Counted from the first letter of the whole stretch, positions 1 through 12,972 are shown. The stretch is DNA of 61,576 nt, filler included, from Sphacelaria rigidula (GCA_964200075.2; 5 parts of 5 records of this genome joined end to end with filler, not necessarily neighbours in it); one strand, 5' to 3'. Notes: generated from the letters alone by a model not told the origin. Numbers and translations are program-made.

Positions 1-165
1 CGTGAGTAAACAAAGTAGTCGACTAGGTTTGTTTGACGCGAGTTGACGCGGTGCAGGAGTGCTGACCGAATCTGCGAGATCAAAATGAAAGGCGCATGCC
101 GGGGGAGAGGAGTTGATCCCTTGAGACCACGGACTCATCCCGAGGAAGGGAAGGGGTTGACAGTA
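1..165 (+). mobile_element. SINE family A, 3' portion truncated by contig start
   Basis: Nearly collinear with 45287-45450 (cgtgagtaaacaaa...gttgatcccttgagaccacggactcatcccgaggaaggg). Confidence 0.75.
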
Positions 166-1368
166 TGAGGAAAAAGAAAGGAAAAGTATACATCTACCCC
201 TTTTGATCTTGGCACTTGTTGGTTAGTGCGGCATGAGACGGCCATGTGTTTCGTGCGCATAGTGATAATTTATTTAGTATACTTGAGTACCATGAACAGC
301 CGAAGTTGTGTTGTCTTGAATCATCGCGGGGGTTGACCGCACCAGGTTTCAGGCATGGGCACCCCTTTAACATCATGGATAATGGCGATAATAAGTCTTT
401 TACGAGAACAACACAGCGGTGTACAGTGTGGTAACACCACAGCCGAGGCAAGCGATTGGTGATCACACGGAAACGAAGTTATTCACCACACTGGAACCTT
501 GTGTGTGTTGATGCCTATAACCTTCTCAATTTTTCCCGTGAGGAAATATGCACAATATGTCGGAGTGCCACCACAGTGAGGATGATATCGGTCTTGACAC
601 CGACGACACCGCGAAAATGATCTCCAGGCTGCAAGGATATATTTCTCACAGCGCGCACTTTTGTACTTCCAAACGATCTTACACTACAGTGGCCCTGGAC
701 GGTGCTGTTACCCCATGGTAGGACAATACGGAAGCGCGAAAAAGACGAGATATGCCAAAGTGTTCTTTACAGGATCGGATGCTGAACAGCCAGCGATCAC
801 CAACGGGTTGGAAGCAGAAAAACGGATGAATCTCTGGCGTGAATTGCCGCAACACCAAGAGTACTGACAGAGATGAAGACTCTACCCCCCAATCAGTCGC
901 AATGACATCTATATTTCAACAGGCCTGAAGACAGCGCAGCGGCCCCCTATCTTACACACGGGAACGTTTTTGCACGTCGAGTGGAGTAGCGTAGTATTCC
1001 ATACTTGTGCGAATCGCAAACACTACGCACACAAGTGAACAAACACGCTAGCGCACAACCGATGCATACCGGTACGGACCGAATGCATATCTATGCAAGG
1101 CCTTTTCGTGCACTTCAAGGGAACAAACAATCCATGGATTGACCGACGGCCCGTTTTAAATATCCATACAACGAGGAAAAATGTACATGAGGTCCTCCGT
1201 CATTGCAAACCCCTTTCACTACTTTAGGCGCGCACGGCAATGCCTCAGACCGCGGGAGTACCATTTCACCATGAGTGACCGGCGCGAGCCACATCACAAT
1301 GAGCCCGACCCGTTACATACAGCTAACGGTTCGCAAAGCGGTCGGCAGAGCAATTCACACACCAGCAT

Positions 1369-4300
1369 TTAGCCGCTTTCTGACCAATGGATCAGCTGCA
1401 CCTCTTCCCCTGGCATTAACCTTCCAACGTCAATGTCGACCACATTCCACAAAATCCCACCCTCGTAAACTGGGTCCCAAACCGTGAACCCTATACGGGC
1501 TTTGAATGCATCGACATTCCCCGAACCGTGCCCCCCCCATGCCAAACGTTCCCGGCTCAGCACACGACATCGCAGTGGCTCTCCACCGCTTTTGATGCTT
1601 GCTCGGGAATTCACTTTGGGGGCGTTTGATGTCGCACTTGTGGTCGAGCGGATTTTCGCTTCAATGATGCTGTATCCTCCGCCCCATTGCACATCTACTT
1701 CGATTCTGCCCTTGCTTCTGAGACCCCGGAAGCGCCCGCTTGGCCACGCCGAAGGCAAGGCTGGGAGCAGCCGCAACACTAACAAGTCCTGGGTATGATC
1801 TCCAGGGCTATTGTGCATGACCCGGTAGTAAGTGGGTGTGCGGCGGGTCGCGGTTGTTGTCGTGTGTTGTGGGGTTCGTATGGCGAACGTGCATCGGCGT
1901 GTAGAGTGGGAGGAGGGGGAGAGAGTGATGAGTTAGCAGTGACAGCGGTCATGGACATCGTCCGTGAGACTGATAATCTGTCACAGGAGTAGTCAAATAT
2001 ACGTTCGTCAGCTGTCTAGATTCCATCACAAGCGACGGCAACAACACGGAACCGAGCGAGAAGAGCGGTACAACAGAAGCACGCTAATGAGCTTGTTCAA
2101 AAAGCGGCAGCTGTCTCGAATGCGCGTACAGCACTCGATTCTGATTGCGCACATCATGATCGGTCGACTGCTGGACATACTCGCACTCACTCATGATCTT
2201 GCCGCTACTGATGCGGCTTGTCACGCATTTGCCCGTCCCCCCTCACCTGCTATGATAATACCAGCTCTGTAGCAGCATCTCGTTTACGCCAGCCATGAAG
2301 CCAAGATTGCCATCTATCTGAAAAGCGGATCCGTCACTTGTCACCAAGCCCTGTTCTGGTGGTGCCGCCCGGGGAGTAGTCCTATTGCGTGCAAAATGCG
2401 TTGCCCAATCACAACAAGTGGTAGGGGTGAACAAATGTTATGGCCGGGCCCGGCGCATTGGTAAATACATGGGACGAGGGGGCGGGGGCCTCGCTCTGAA
2501 ACGAGTATATTCGGACACGAAACTTGAACGAAGAATGGCGACTCAAGCATTGGATCAAGCCGGTGCAAAGTAAAAATTCGGTTGAAACGGGAGAGAGCTT
2601 GCTAGCAATCGGAGCAGGTGCATCCCGTATACCGGCATCGCCTGAACGACATATGCCCATATCTCTCGCTTCGCCGTAGTGTCTTCCTCGCTTCTGCACC
2701 AACTCGCACCCAGTTGGTGGCATGTTTTCTTTGTCACATGTAACCCTTTGTGCGCCTGTTGTAGTGCCTTCCGTTCCGGGAATCGGGTCACTGGCAGTCC
2801 CGCCCGTTTGGTGGATGACCACAGTGTAGGCGTAGATGAGGTACGCCGGATGGGTCCTGAAACGATTTTCCAAGTTTTTCTATTTTGACCACGAGGATTA
2901 CAATGTGAAAGCCACACTATTGTACGTATGAGCATACTGAACACTTGTATATACGTGTAAACCGGAGAGGAGTATGTCACAGGAAAGGGGTGCGCCAGCG
3001 ACATGAGTGAGTGGCCCCGAAACGGACACACCTATACAGACAATCTCTGGTACCCCAGGTAATGGGTTCTGGGGTAGAAAATGATCAAGAGCTTTGAGCC
3101 TCCGTTACAACACGGGAAAACATTCTGCACAACACTTAGCACCACAAGCTTTGTCCAATGCCTACTACTTCGGCTCACGGCCAACCCTTGATCCTCGCTC
3201 TAAATATCGACAGAGAAAATACGCCTTGCTTTGAAAATTCTTTAGCAAGGCCACGACAACGACATTCTTCGGGAGGAACAGGAGTTCGCCTTCTTCGGCC
3301 GCAGCACGTAAGTCACTCCGTGGGGTCCTAGTGCGATCTCGTTTACATCCACGGCGAGACTGTGAGGCATGCTCTCGCCCGCATATTGAAGGCGCCAAGC
3401 CGACCGTGGTCTCAACGCCACGAGCTGCTCCTTGGGCAGCAGGGGTCTGTCAGGGGGAACGGATCACCGCCGCGGTACCATGCGCGTTGCTTGTGCGCGA
3501 CAACTTGCTGCGCTCGTCGTGCTCAGCTGGCTGTTGGGGGTGGAAGGAGAGTGTCCGCATAACACTCAAGACACAACATCAAAACACCACTCGAGCCACA
3601 CCCACACGCGACGTCTACATATACGCCACGTCGTTCATCTTTCTCGCAACGGCTGTGTGTGATGGCCACAGCGATGTACTACTGCTGGCACGATCGTTAC
3701 TATCATGCTGTACTGTACAAATGAATGGTCCTGTAATTGCAGCGCCTTCGGCTGCGGTTTGCGCACAAATTTCTCTGGCGCGCGGCATATGCGTCGCAAC
3801 GGCCCTTTTCTGTGTTGGGGGTTTCGCTCTCCCAAAAATAAGATACCAGATCCCGTTCGCAAAGAAGGGGAAAGGCGGTCTACTGGTGCATCGATGACAA
3901 AGGGCTAAAAATACGAACTGTTCAATTGAGTCAACATCTGGAAATCTTGAACACACCGTCCATTCGGTGACATTTGCCACACACCCATATATATATACAT
4001 ATATATCGTTTGTCATATGTGAAGCGGAAGGTAAAATATCTTCATTATATATTGCTTTCACCTTGCAAGAAACTTGAGAGCAACCTCCAGACACGGTGGG
4101 TAACCAAAGGCACCCAATGAACACACGCGCACACACAAAGTACAAACCTAGTACGCGGATCGCCGTGCCGTAGCTTGAAGCAGGTTTGGCAATCCGAGAG
4201 ACCCTTGTTTGGATTCCGCTGTAGTTCCGGGTGCAAGGAGTACAAAGATCCGACGCTTTGGTCTCTTAGGATACCTCTCAAAGCGGTGAGCGCCTCGTCT

Positions 4301-7300
4301 CCCTGGAAAAGTCTCGCGCGTAGGTTTGCCAGCCACGCGCGACTCCACGCCGTGTGCCCGCCTGCGCAAAATGGCAACGGCAGCCGCGAGCTATGCGTGA
4401 AGGGGTCGTGGTGCTCATGCAGAATAGTCGGAAACGTGTTTCCATAACAAACGAGCATGAACAGCGTCATATACAGCTTCATGTCAGCTTCTTGGGGCCG
4501 ATCAGCATCACCCACGTTCGAAAATAATGAAAATTACTGACAACCCACGAGTCCAGCGAACGCCTTGTTGTGATGACGTCCACTGATGATAGCACTCAAA
4601 TTTGTGACGTGGACACCCTCCGACAGGTTACGCCCCTCACCTGCAGAGTAGCACGAGTACGCCTAAGTTGGTCATTCTCAATCAGCTAACTGGCAACGCT
4701 GTGGAGTTTCTCGGAAACGTTTCGCAAATGTCGAATTTATACTGTTTCTTGAGGGATATCGCTTTACGTCAAAACCCTGGGTTCGCCCCCTCAAATCACA
4801 GCAGGTAAACGACCAGCCGAGGCCTCTCCGGAGACAACGCACCAAGCGGTTCTCGAAATACCTCGGTGGTTGAAACGCTATCCACGTTAAAAATGAAGTC
4901 TCCGCCCTGACGATGTATTGAAACGTATGAAAAACAGTATGGAGCACGACCGTGAATTTTGGGATTCCATCTGAGGGAAAAGTTGGAGTTCGGGGCCTCG
5001 TGCTCGGGAAGAATGTTTTTTCATGTGGTTTCATGTTGTCTTATTTTGTGTTAAATCCTTCTCCATCGAAGACGATTACATATACGTTGACGGTGCTGGC
5101 AGGTCTTGCTCTCGGGCACCACTCAGTTACGTACACCTCACAGTGCCATTGTGGTTGCATTTGCGCGCAACAATGTTGAATCGAACGTGATAGCCTCAGT
5201 GAGGATAAATGTCGCACCTCTGAAAACATGGGGATTCTGCACAAGAAGCAAGCACACCGTAGGCGTGCGCGTATGTGTGTGTTTGGGGTGTTTTCTTAGA
5301 CCTACCGGCACACATTTTGAAGGCCGGCGCTTGAGTGCTAGGCTGGCAGGTCTTGGCGCCGGGCACCAATCAGTGATCTAGATCCCAGATTGCACGTGTG
5401 AATTGCATTCGTGGGCATGAGTGTAGATTTGAGCGTGATGGCTGCAGCGAAGATGAATGTGAGGGGATATCAATCGCCATCAAGAAATTGCAAACACAAC
5501 GAAAGAGAATCGGATGATGGTGCAGCCTCCATCTGGGATATGATATCAAATCTGAGAAATTAATCTGGGATGGCCATATCCCAGATGGCAATCCAAGATG
5601 GATCTCACATGAGAGACAGATATCCCGGGTGGACGTCCAGGGCGTCGGTACCGTCAGCATCGAATGATATTTGTGTGTGGTGGCGCGGGAGACAGGCACC
5701 AGGTTTGAATTCTCAGAACCGTTGTTCAGGTGTTTGGTTGGTCAGCGTGCAATTGTTTTCATTCTCGAACGTGGATGATGGCAACAGGCTCCAAAATACT
5801 TGACGCTTAATAGTACCGCATCCACTTTTTGTGGCCCCACGTATCATGCGCCATACTTCGTACCAGAACCACAAAATGATGCACGTTGGAATTGGCTGCA
5901 TGGCCAGCCCCGCCCTAACTTCTTGAGGGCAATACAGCCATATTGAACTCGGTTGCCTTCGCCTTGTTAGTGGCGAAAGGGTTCGTAGTTTTCAGATGAC
6001 GCCGTTGAGGAAACTGACATCATGCCATAAGGGTGGATAGGAACTGTGTTCTGAGCCTTTGGGTGGCCCGTCACCACTGTCCAGTCTCGGCATTCGGAAA
6101 CTAAATCATGCCAAAGCGCTCGACAACCGACACACGGTACATCGCCTGAGTACGCGAGTGCTTGCGTATTCCACCAGCAGCATTCCATACAAAACAATAC
6201 ACAGTGTTACTAAAATCACGCGCAATCGCTGGGTGATGAACGCCCACGTTTCGCGCTTTTGGCTTGGCCGCGACCCAGATCAGAAGGGGTTCCTAACATC
6301 TTACTGACTGACTTATAGTCGCGCTGTTTCAAGGTCTGTTTCGCGCTACTTCCTCGTACATTCTCCATCATATTACGATGCTTGTTTGTCTTTCACTCAC
6401 CACCGTTGTCCACTTTATGCTGGACCGTTGCTGCCGCGGCAACAAAGACATTGTCGTCTTCAGCTGAGATCTGGTCACGCGCGTACAAGTCAATCGCGTC
6501 GCAACAAGTGGAGCCAACAACGCGATTTGGGTTAGTGAACCGTCGCAAACATACCCAGCGCCGGACTAGAGATTCATTTCGGTCCGTCGTTTTCGCCGAT
6601 TTCGTCACTCCGTAACTTCATTTTCGCCAACGAAATGCTCCCTGAATGACTTGCGATCGAAAGAACTCACCCGAGAAAAGGGGAATGGGGCACGAAAATA
6701 TGAAGAGTATCAAGTATTTGGACACGAACACTGTCTAGGCAAGGGAGCCTCGAGCTGATGGCACAGCGATCGGTACAACAGAAAAAAGTCCCACTGGTGG
6801 CAACTTCCGAACAATCTCTTGGAAACCGGGGAGAGATAGGTTGATCCCTTGAGACCATGGACTCGTCCCGAGGAGGGGGAGGGGTTCAAATGCGACAAAA
6901 AAAAACTCTTGATACGTGGCGAGGTGGGAACACCGCAGATGAAGATCAAACACAACTAACTGCTGAACAACAATCCTGCATCGCACTGCAATGCGCGCAC
7001 CTGCTGACCGGGGTAGAGCGCCCAGAGGCCAGACCAATGGCGATGCCCCGGATCAGGCAGCCGCGATGTGTCCACCCCTCGATATTCCCTCACCAAACCG
7101 TCCTCCCCTACAGACGGTCTCCCTCTATTGGGCAATTTGACCACGGCTGCAGATGCAAGATCTGACAGGTCACGCAAACGGTCTGAAACTGCTTGCCATG
7201 ATTCTGCTCCTGACACGGAGCCGTCTGCAACAAGAGAGCGCAGGAACAGGGGTGGAAGTCAAGACGAATGCAGCTGCTGTACTCCGAACGCATCGCGTCT

Positions 7301-10300
7301 CGACAGATGATTGCAACCTCGAGTACGCTACAGGCTGCATTTACGGGCGGTCCCCGGCTGTCTCCTGAGTAGAATCTGAAGTCCACCGACACAGAATAAG
7401 AATTGTTCAAGGAGCACAATTTTGAAAGCGGGTATAGTTCGCGCACGTGTGCCGGTCATTCTTGTCGCAACAACTGCATCGCTCCTATAACTCTCGGCTT
7501 CAATTTTCCGAATAGTTATGGCCGCATTCGTCGCTGATCAATTATTGTGAGAAAAGCGATCGATCACGTCAAATGGACGTCGGATAATTTAGGCATCGAC
7601 CACACCGACCATGTATCTCACCGCGGGTGCTAGAGGCTGGGCGCGCGCTCTCTTCTCACACCAACTTCCGCCTTGATCCAAGCTTTTCCAACTAGACCGA
7701 CCGCCAAGTAAGATGCTAAGGTTATGCACGGGTGAAAGCGAATCGTTGCCGCGGTGGGAATCCAACGTACCGGGGGCGTCGTAGAGTCTGGAAAAACCCT
7801 CTCTTGTCCACGGCAGCTGCTGCGAGGACAGGCCCGCCTCCGCTTGGACCCGTGGATCGTGTCCGGCCCTGTCGAGAAGCCCGCGGGCCTGTCCAGCGGC
7901 GTCGATGAAGTTCTCCATCAGCTGCCGCACGATAGCCACGTCTACCAAAATCGCGACATGAGGTGGCGAGTGAACCCAAATACGTCACGAACAAAATGAT
8001 AGAAACATTGAGACACGCAAAGCATCGCGCTTCTGTGGTGGAAGAAATCAACCGAACAACTACACAAACTCGAGGCTAACGGCGCCTGTGCTCAGCAGAA
8101 ATCAAAACGATAACACACGCCACACCTGCAATACCAAGCAAAGCACAGACAGGAAAATGCCCCAACAGCTGACGCTCAACAGACCTGTGTCCCACTTCAA
8201 CACCACATGGGTCAAACAGATATTGTTTCGCTGCGGCCTGAGCCCCAAAAGAGCACACGAGGCAATCCAACTATTAATAGCCCAGGGTAAGCTCAAGTTA
8301 ACTTTCTCTATTGTGAGGGTACGCGAAGTCAGGTATCAAGCAGTATTCAATGACTGCTTAGATTACGTGTGTGGTGAGCCATACGTTGAAGCACCACCCA
8401 CTCTCTCACCAATCGTCGGACTCATAGCCACGAACGGAAAGACAACTTTAGGAGGCGACGACTTCTGCCCTTCAAGTTTCCGCGTGCTGCCTTCCTGGTG
8501 CGAATCGCGATCGTGCTGGTCTCCTCCTTCCAAGTCAATCATCGTCAGTTCCTCTTCCTTCCCTTCCCGAGTGTGCTCCCGGCTCTCGACGCCAAAACGT
8601 GATACTTTGCCATGCTCCATTGCTACTCGACCAAGATCCACGGAAACTCGATCTCGACGCTCCACGGGTACTGGATCACCCTTCATTCGTCCTCGCTCTC
8701 CCACACCATCCCTGACATGCCTCCCAAACTCGCGATTTTGGTGCTTGTGCTCCCCAAACGCTACGCCGAGGTGGGATGCCAACAATCCCCTCACCTTGGC
8801 ACCCGGCCCATCGCCGGCAGGGATACTAGGATTGGTTTTCCGGTTGTCGATGGACGGTAGGCTGTTTTCTGGCGACGTGCTGGGGCCTGTGAGCAGACAC
8901 GTACCGTCGCCTGAAGACCATGGGCAGACCATACGAAACCGTCGATGGAATCAGAAAGGGCAGAAACACAAGTTGGCACGCAGTGAAGACTTGAAAGATC
9001 CAGCCACATTGAAACATACAACGACTGGATACAGGTCGCAAGGCACAGAGGTGGGGGGGGGGGGGGGGGGGAAGGGGAGTATTGCAGGAGAGTGACCCCG
9101 TCTACACACATGCCGAAAAGGACAGAGGGGTCGAAGTCACATGTACACCACAAGAACAAGTAATAAGTTTCTCTTGTACATCATCAAAGAAGGGTCAGCG
9201 GCGTGTAGACGATACCATTTCGCTGTATGGGTCACACGCCGAGCCTCTTTGTGAGGGATACATACACAGAGATACATCTGTTGAGCTGGTGATACGTTTG
9301 GACGGCACGATCCGGGATACGTGAAGGCAGCTCGGAAACAGTTTTCCGGACACCTGACTCTAGGCAATCTTTGAAAAACACTGTAAACGCCGCATACCAC
9401 AGTCTGTCGGCCGTGAGTACTGTCGGTTGATCATGGTTCGACGTAGGGATGTCGAAGGACGCCCACAGATTCGTATCGGTACCCATAGGCGACACTTGCC
9501 GAAACACGATCGCCCCCCTTGCTTCTGCACGGCCGTGTCACAAAATTAACGCTGCAGCAAACTTGAGCGACACATGAAGAGCACGATGTCTCAAATGGCG
9601 TCGAACGAGAAAATGTCGAGGTACTGCAGCACCAGGCACGACGGGTACGCATTGGATGATCGTCGTTTGACCCGTCATCTTCCATTAGTACCCATACCCC
9701 ATGGCCGAAAATGTTGAGCTTCCTTTCACATACCCCTCTCCAATAGACTGTTTCACCGATTCTCGCAATCTATTCCACGAAATAAAGGGAGGGTGGGGGG
9801 AACACCTGAACGAGAGCACCGCAACAAAAGGCCGAGATCAAACGCGATTAGTGGATTCATAAATATGAGACCACGAAGTACTGACGGTAATGGTACTGAC
9901 CCAATCCGTCATCCGCCAGTACCATGTAGTCCAAGAAGAACCGAACGGCGCCCTCGAGCACCGGTACAACGGACTGCAGCAGCAGTGCCGGGTCTCTGCA
10001 GCAGAACAAGGCAACACGGATGAATGTGCGCGAAGTGTATAGGGGATGGCATGCATTTGAATGCATAAAAATCCACAACTAGCAACATTTCTTCGGCCGG
10101 GAAGAAACATGAACAAGACGTCTCAATATCATATTCGGCTCTTCCCAAAAATACAAAGGCTTGCCACGTCCTCTTGGCGAATTTTATTTTTACGAATCAG
10201 TGGTACTCAGATCGGTTCTGTTCTACAAAATTCCCACTTTTGCGTTACAATAGAAACGCATGGGCAGAATCGTCCCACGTCGAACGAGTCCGAGTCCGAC

Positions 10301-11420
10301 TTGTGCGACCGCGACTGTCGGCACTACTTTTGGAGTGATGTCCGCGAGACCCCCATGATTCAAGTCTCAGAAGTAATATTTTTCCCGAATGGCCCAAATG
10401 ATTCTCGCGCTAATCTCGCCCTCATGATTCCGGAATGACTCGCGTGACTCTCGAATCTTACGCGTCCTTATTGTTCGGAACGACTGTGATAGGACCCGTC
10501 CTTATTTTCCCGATTGGCTATTCGCATGAATCGAGCCAGACTCGCATTCGTTCCTGCGCAGGACCGACAAAACTTGAATTCAGGACTCGCCCCCATTTTG
10601 CTGAATGACTCGCAGGACACGAGGAACTGCAATTAATGACATTACTCAATTGACTAGCGGAACCTTCATACGTATGTCCCAAAAACCAGAGCTTGAACGG
10701 ATTCATTTGTGTATGTGGATACCACCGCATGAACGGGGAAAATTCCCACAAGTGCCCGTCGAGCGCCTTTCCCACACTGGCGACAATACGAGATAACTTT
10801 GAACGCTTCACAAACAGAAGATCCCGGGTTCGAATCCCGGCTCTGACGGACGCGACACAATGAACGAACCTTCAGAGTTAAGGGGGGCAACAGACGTCGA
10901 AAAAAGTCGGCGGGGGACGAGAATACGGGTGGGTGATTACTGTTGTAGCAAGCAGCGCCGACAACCTCACCGTAACGTCTTCTGCGGAGGTTGTTGGCTT
11001 GCCGACCCAACACGCGCAACAGACACATGAAGTTAGGGGGTACAAACATCCTCGCCGCTAGCCGGCGAAACAGTTTTGCCTCTGCCAGAACCGTTTCTCA
11101 TCAAAGAACACAGGAAGTGGCTTTAAAAAAGATGTGGATACCACCACATGAAAGGGAACAATTCCCACAAGTGCATGTTGACGGATCACTTTTCCCCCCC
11201 ACATATTCAGAACATATATGATCGAAGACGATGAATTCTGACCCCCTCGCAAAGCCCTCCTTCACTTCTGTACCTTGTGTACTCGAACATCTCCCATAGA
11301 TGCAACGCCATCCACGCGCCACATGTGGGGCAGAGCGCCCAATCTGCGTCCCCGTGCGCGGCCGTCCCCCCCCACCTATCTGAGTTGGCGTGTGCCACCC
11401 AGCCAGATGCACGATAATAA
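1369..11420 (-). CDS. Glycoside hydrolase family 95 (alpha-L-fucosidase-like), 3' part, 9 exons; 5' exons lie beyond the contig end
   Basis: GT-AG exons with matching phases: 11274-11420, 9901-9995, 8410-8910, 7771-7941, 7001-7224, 6401-6470, 4148-4361, 2247-2381, 1369-1807 (stop). The spliced protein has GH95 motifs in canonical order: GWVAHANSDRWG, GAWMALHLWEMFEYT, FFLDY, LLTGPSTSPEN, MSPTIDVAIVRQL, PGHRHWSGLWALYPGQQI, GHTAWSRAW, FQIDGNLGFMAGVNEMLLQS, LLPALPSAWPSG. Confidence 0.93.
5375..5635. repeat. Short element built from atcccagat/atctgggat inverted motifs (MITE-like)
   Basis: Several copies of atcccagat and its reverse complement clustered inside a GH95 intron. Confidence 0.4.
6826..6905 (+). 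mobile_element. SINE family A, 3' fragment with A-rich tail
   Basis: ccggggagagataggttgatcccttgagaccatggactcgtcccgaggaggggg followed by an A-run. Confidence 0.7.
10711..11185 (+). mobile_element. tRNA-related (Val-like) fragment bracketed by ~45-bp direct repeats; probable SINE remnant
   Basis: ttcacaaacagaagatcccgggttcgaatcccggc (~10807-10841) resembles a tRNA anticodon loop plus T-arm/B-box. atgtggataccacc.catgaa.ggg.a.aattcccacaagtgc occurs at ~10713 and ~11132. Confidence 0.45.
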
Positions 11421-11564
11421 CTGGAGTGAAAGCGAGGCAAAGGTGGATTTGTTAGTATTAGGAGGGAGCCGTGCGGAAGCGTAAAGACGAACAATTTATC
11501 AGAACCTAGTGAGCGAGTGCTTCATTTCGGTAGTTGGGCCCCTTCTTTCCTATAAAGCGGCGCC

Positions 11565-12060
11565 GGGGAGGGGGGTTTACTCATGCGACGGTCTGGGGGG
11601 GGTACTCTTTTGTTGCTTCAGTCTTTTGATCAATGATTACGCATCCCTTTCGAGACGGAGCATCGTTCCTACTACCAAGAGAGAGAATCTCCAACATTCC
11701 GATGCTCAATACGTTTCTTCCATACATTACAAAAAAACTTTTACTTATCTCATGCCCGTCCTGTTTCGCCGTCTGTGGCCACAATATCTCCTAGTGAAGC
11801 GATCGGTTTGTCGCTACTGTCTATCGTACCGAACGATTTAGTGCCACCTTCGTTTACACCCCACATATTCCCCTCTAACACGTCCCGTTCCTCCTTTTAA
11901 AAACCAAACTACAACTATGTGAGTTATAGTCTCTTATTACTTCGCCACGGGAGCAACTCGGTGCATTTACTTTTTCCTCCACTCGACTACTGGTATACCT
12001 CTTCCTTCTTTCTGGCAGGTCCAGGTCTCTCACCCGAAATCGCAATTTCAACTTTTTCGC
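11565..12060 (-). mobile_element. Non-LTR retrotransposon (LINE) 3'-terminal fragment
   Basis: Decayed C-terminal ORF pieces (KLKLRFRVRDLDLPERRKRYTSSRVEE; WPQTAKQDG) followed by a conserved tail ending gagtacccccc. A homologous tail lies at 34145-34345. Confidence 0.7.
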
Positions 12061-12236
12061 GGTGGGGGGGAGGGGGGTGTACTCATGATTATGCATGCCA
12101 TACGTAGTCATAAGACCGTTGACCTCGCATCGCTACGAAGCCGGGACGGAGCACGCCGGGTTTTCGCCGGACTAGGCTCGCAATCAATCACCAAGCGCGA
12201 AGCTCCGTGGTGTATTCGGCGAGTCGCTTGAAGGGT
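12061..12236 (-). mobile_element. SINE-like family B element sharing its 3' tail with the LINE
   Basis: gcgactcgccgaatacaccacggagcttcgcgcttggtga...cccggcgtgctccgtcccggc...atgagtacacccccc on the minus strand. Related pieces at 34345-34430, 48980-49230, 59480-59710 and 59893-59970. Confidence 0.55.
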
Positions 12237-12336
12237 NNNNNNNNNNNNNNNNNNNNNNNNNNNNNNNNNNNNNNNNNNNNTTAATTAATTAANNNNNNNN
12301 NNNNNNNNNNNNNNNNNNNNNNNNNNNNNNNNNNNN
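12237..12336. other. Artificial contig linker (N44-TTAATTAATTAA-N44)
   Basis: 100-nt spacer with stops in all six frames, identical at four positions exactly 12335 nt apart. Confidence 0.97.
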
Positions 12337-12355
12337 TGCTGCGCATGGCATGGCT

Positions 12356-12601
12356 TACAGCGTCGAGTGCTGCCGTGTTCGTGCTTCACACGGCAGAAAA
12401 GCGGCCCATTTTGTGTCTATCCCGAACAAAGTTGGGCGCCCGTTTTTATGCCGATCCGGCGTAAATTCGGATTTTATGCCGGTTTCGGGCGTACAAAGGG
12501 AAAGCGACATAAAATCCATAATTTTCGTGTACCCTGGAAAAAGCGGCATAAAATCGATTTGGCATGAAATAAGTGGCAAAAATTCGGGTCCACTACTGTA
12601 T
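12356..12601. repeat. MITE-like element with inverted subterminal motifs
   Basis: ttttatgccg twice in the left half; cggcataaaa, gacataaaa and ggcatgaaa in the right half; tacag...ctgta ends. Confidence 0.4.
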
Positions 12602-12972
12602 CCAACATGAGCAGGCGGTGATTGCGCCGCGTTCAGGATTATTTTTTGCACGAGATGTTACCTTTCGCGATACAATCTCTAGTCATGCACGCAAACATCA
12701 ACGTCGGTCGTCGGAAGGAAATATTTGCAGACTTGACACGCAGCTGTCGCTGGGGTCACGCGTGATATTAAAGGCACCTCAAATGAGCTATTCTGAACAG
12801 AGAGGAATGTGTATTAACTCTTCTTGTATTAACCTCTTATACCCTTGTACTCACCCAACATCAACCGTGTAAGCTCCACAAGAGCTGCGCTCACACCACC
12901 GGAATACAGATATGAAACTACGCAAAAACATGAAATGCCGACTGTGGGCATGCGTGCAGCGTGCATCCCCTT

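Noticed and set aside
8088..9095. 335-aa plus-strand ORF
   Set aside because: Antisense shadow of the GH95 exon 8410-8910; no recognisable motifs.
9232..9507. Possible extra GH95 exon (VSPMGTDTNLWASFDIP)
   Set aside because: Exons 9901-9995 and 8410-8910 join in phase and give the canonical FFLDY...LLTGPSTSPEN spacing without it.
10800..10850. Functional tRNA gene
   Set aside because: Only the anticodon/T-arm portion is recognisable; there is no D-arm or paired acceptor stem. The same applies to the SINE A heads.
12281..12292. TTAATTAATTAA as a biological motif (e.g. piggyBac site)
   Set aside because: Centred in N runs and repeated at an exact 12335-nt spacing, so it is an assembly linker.
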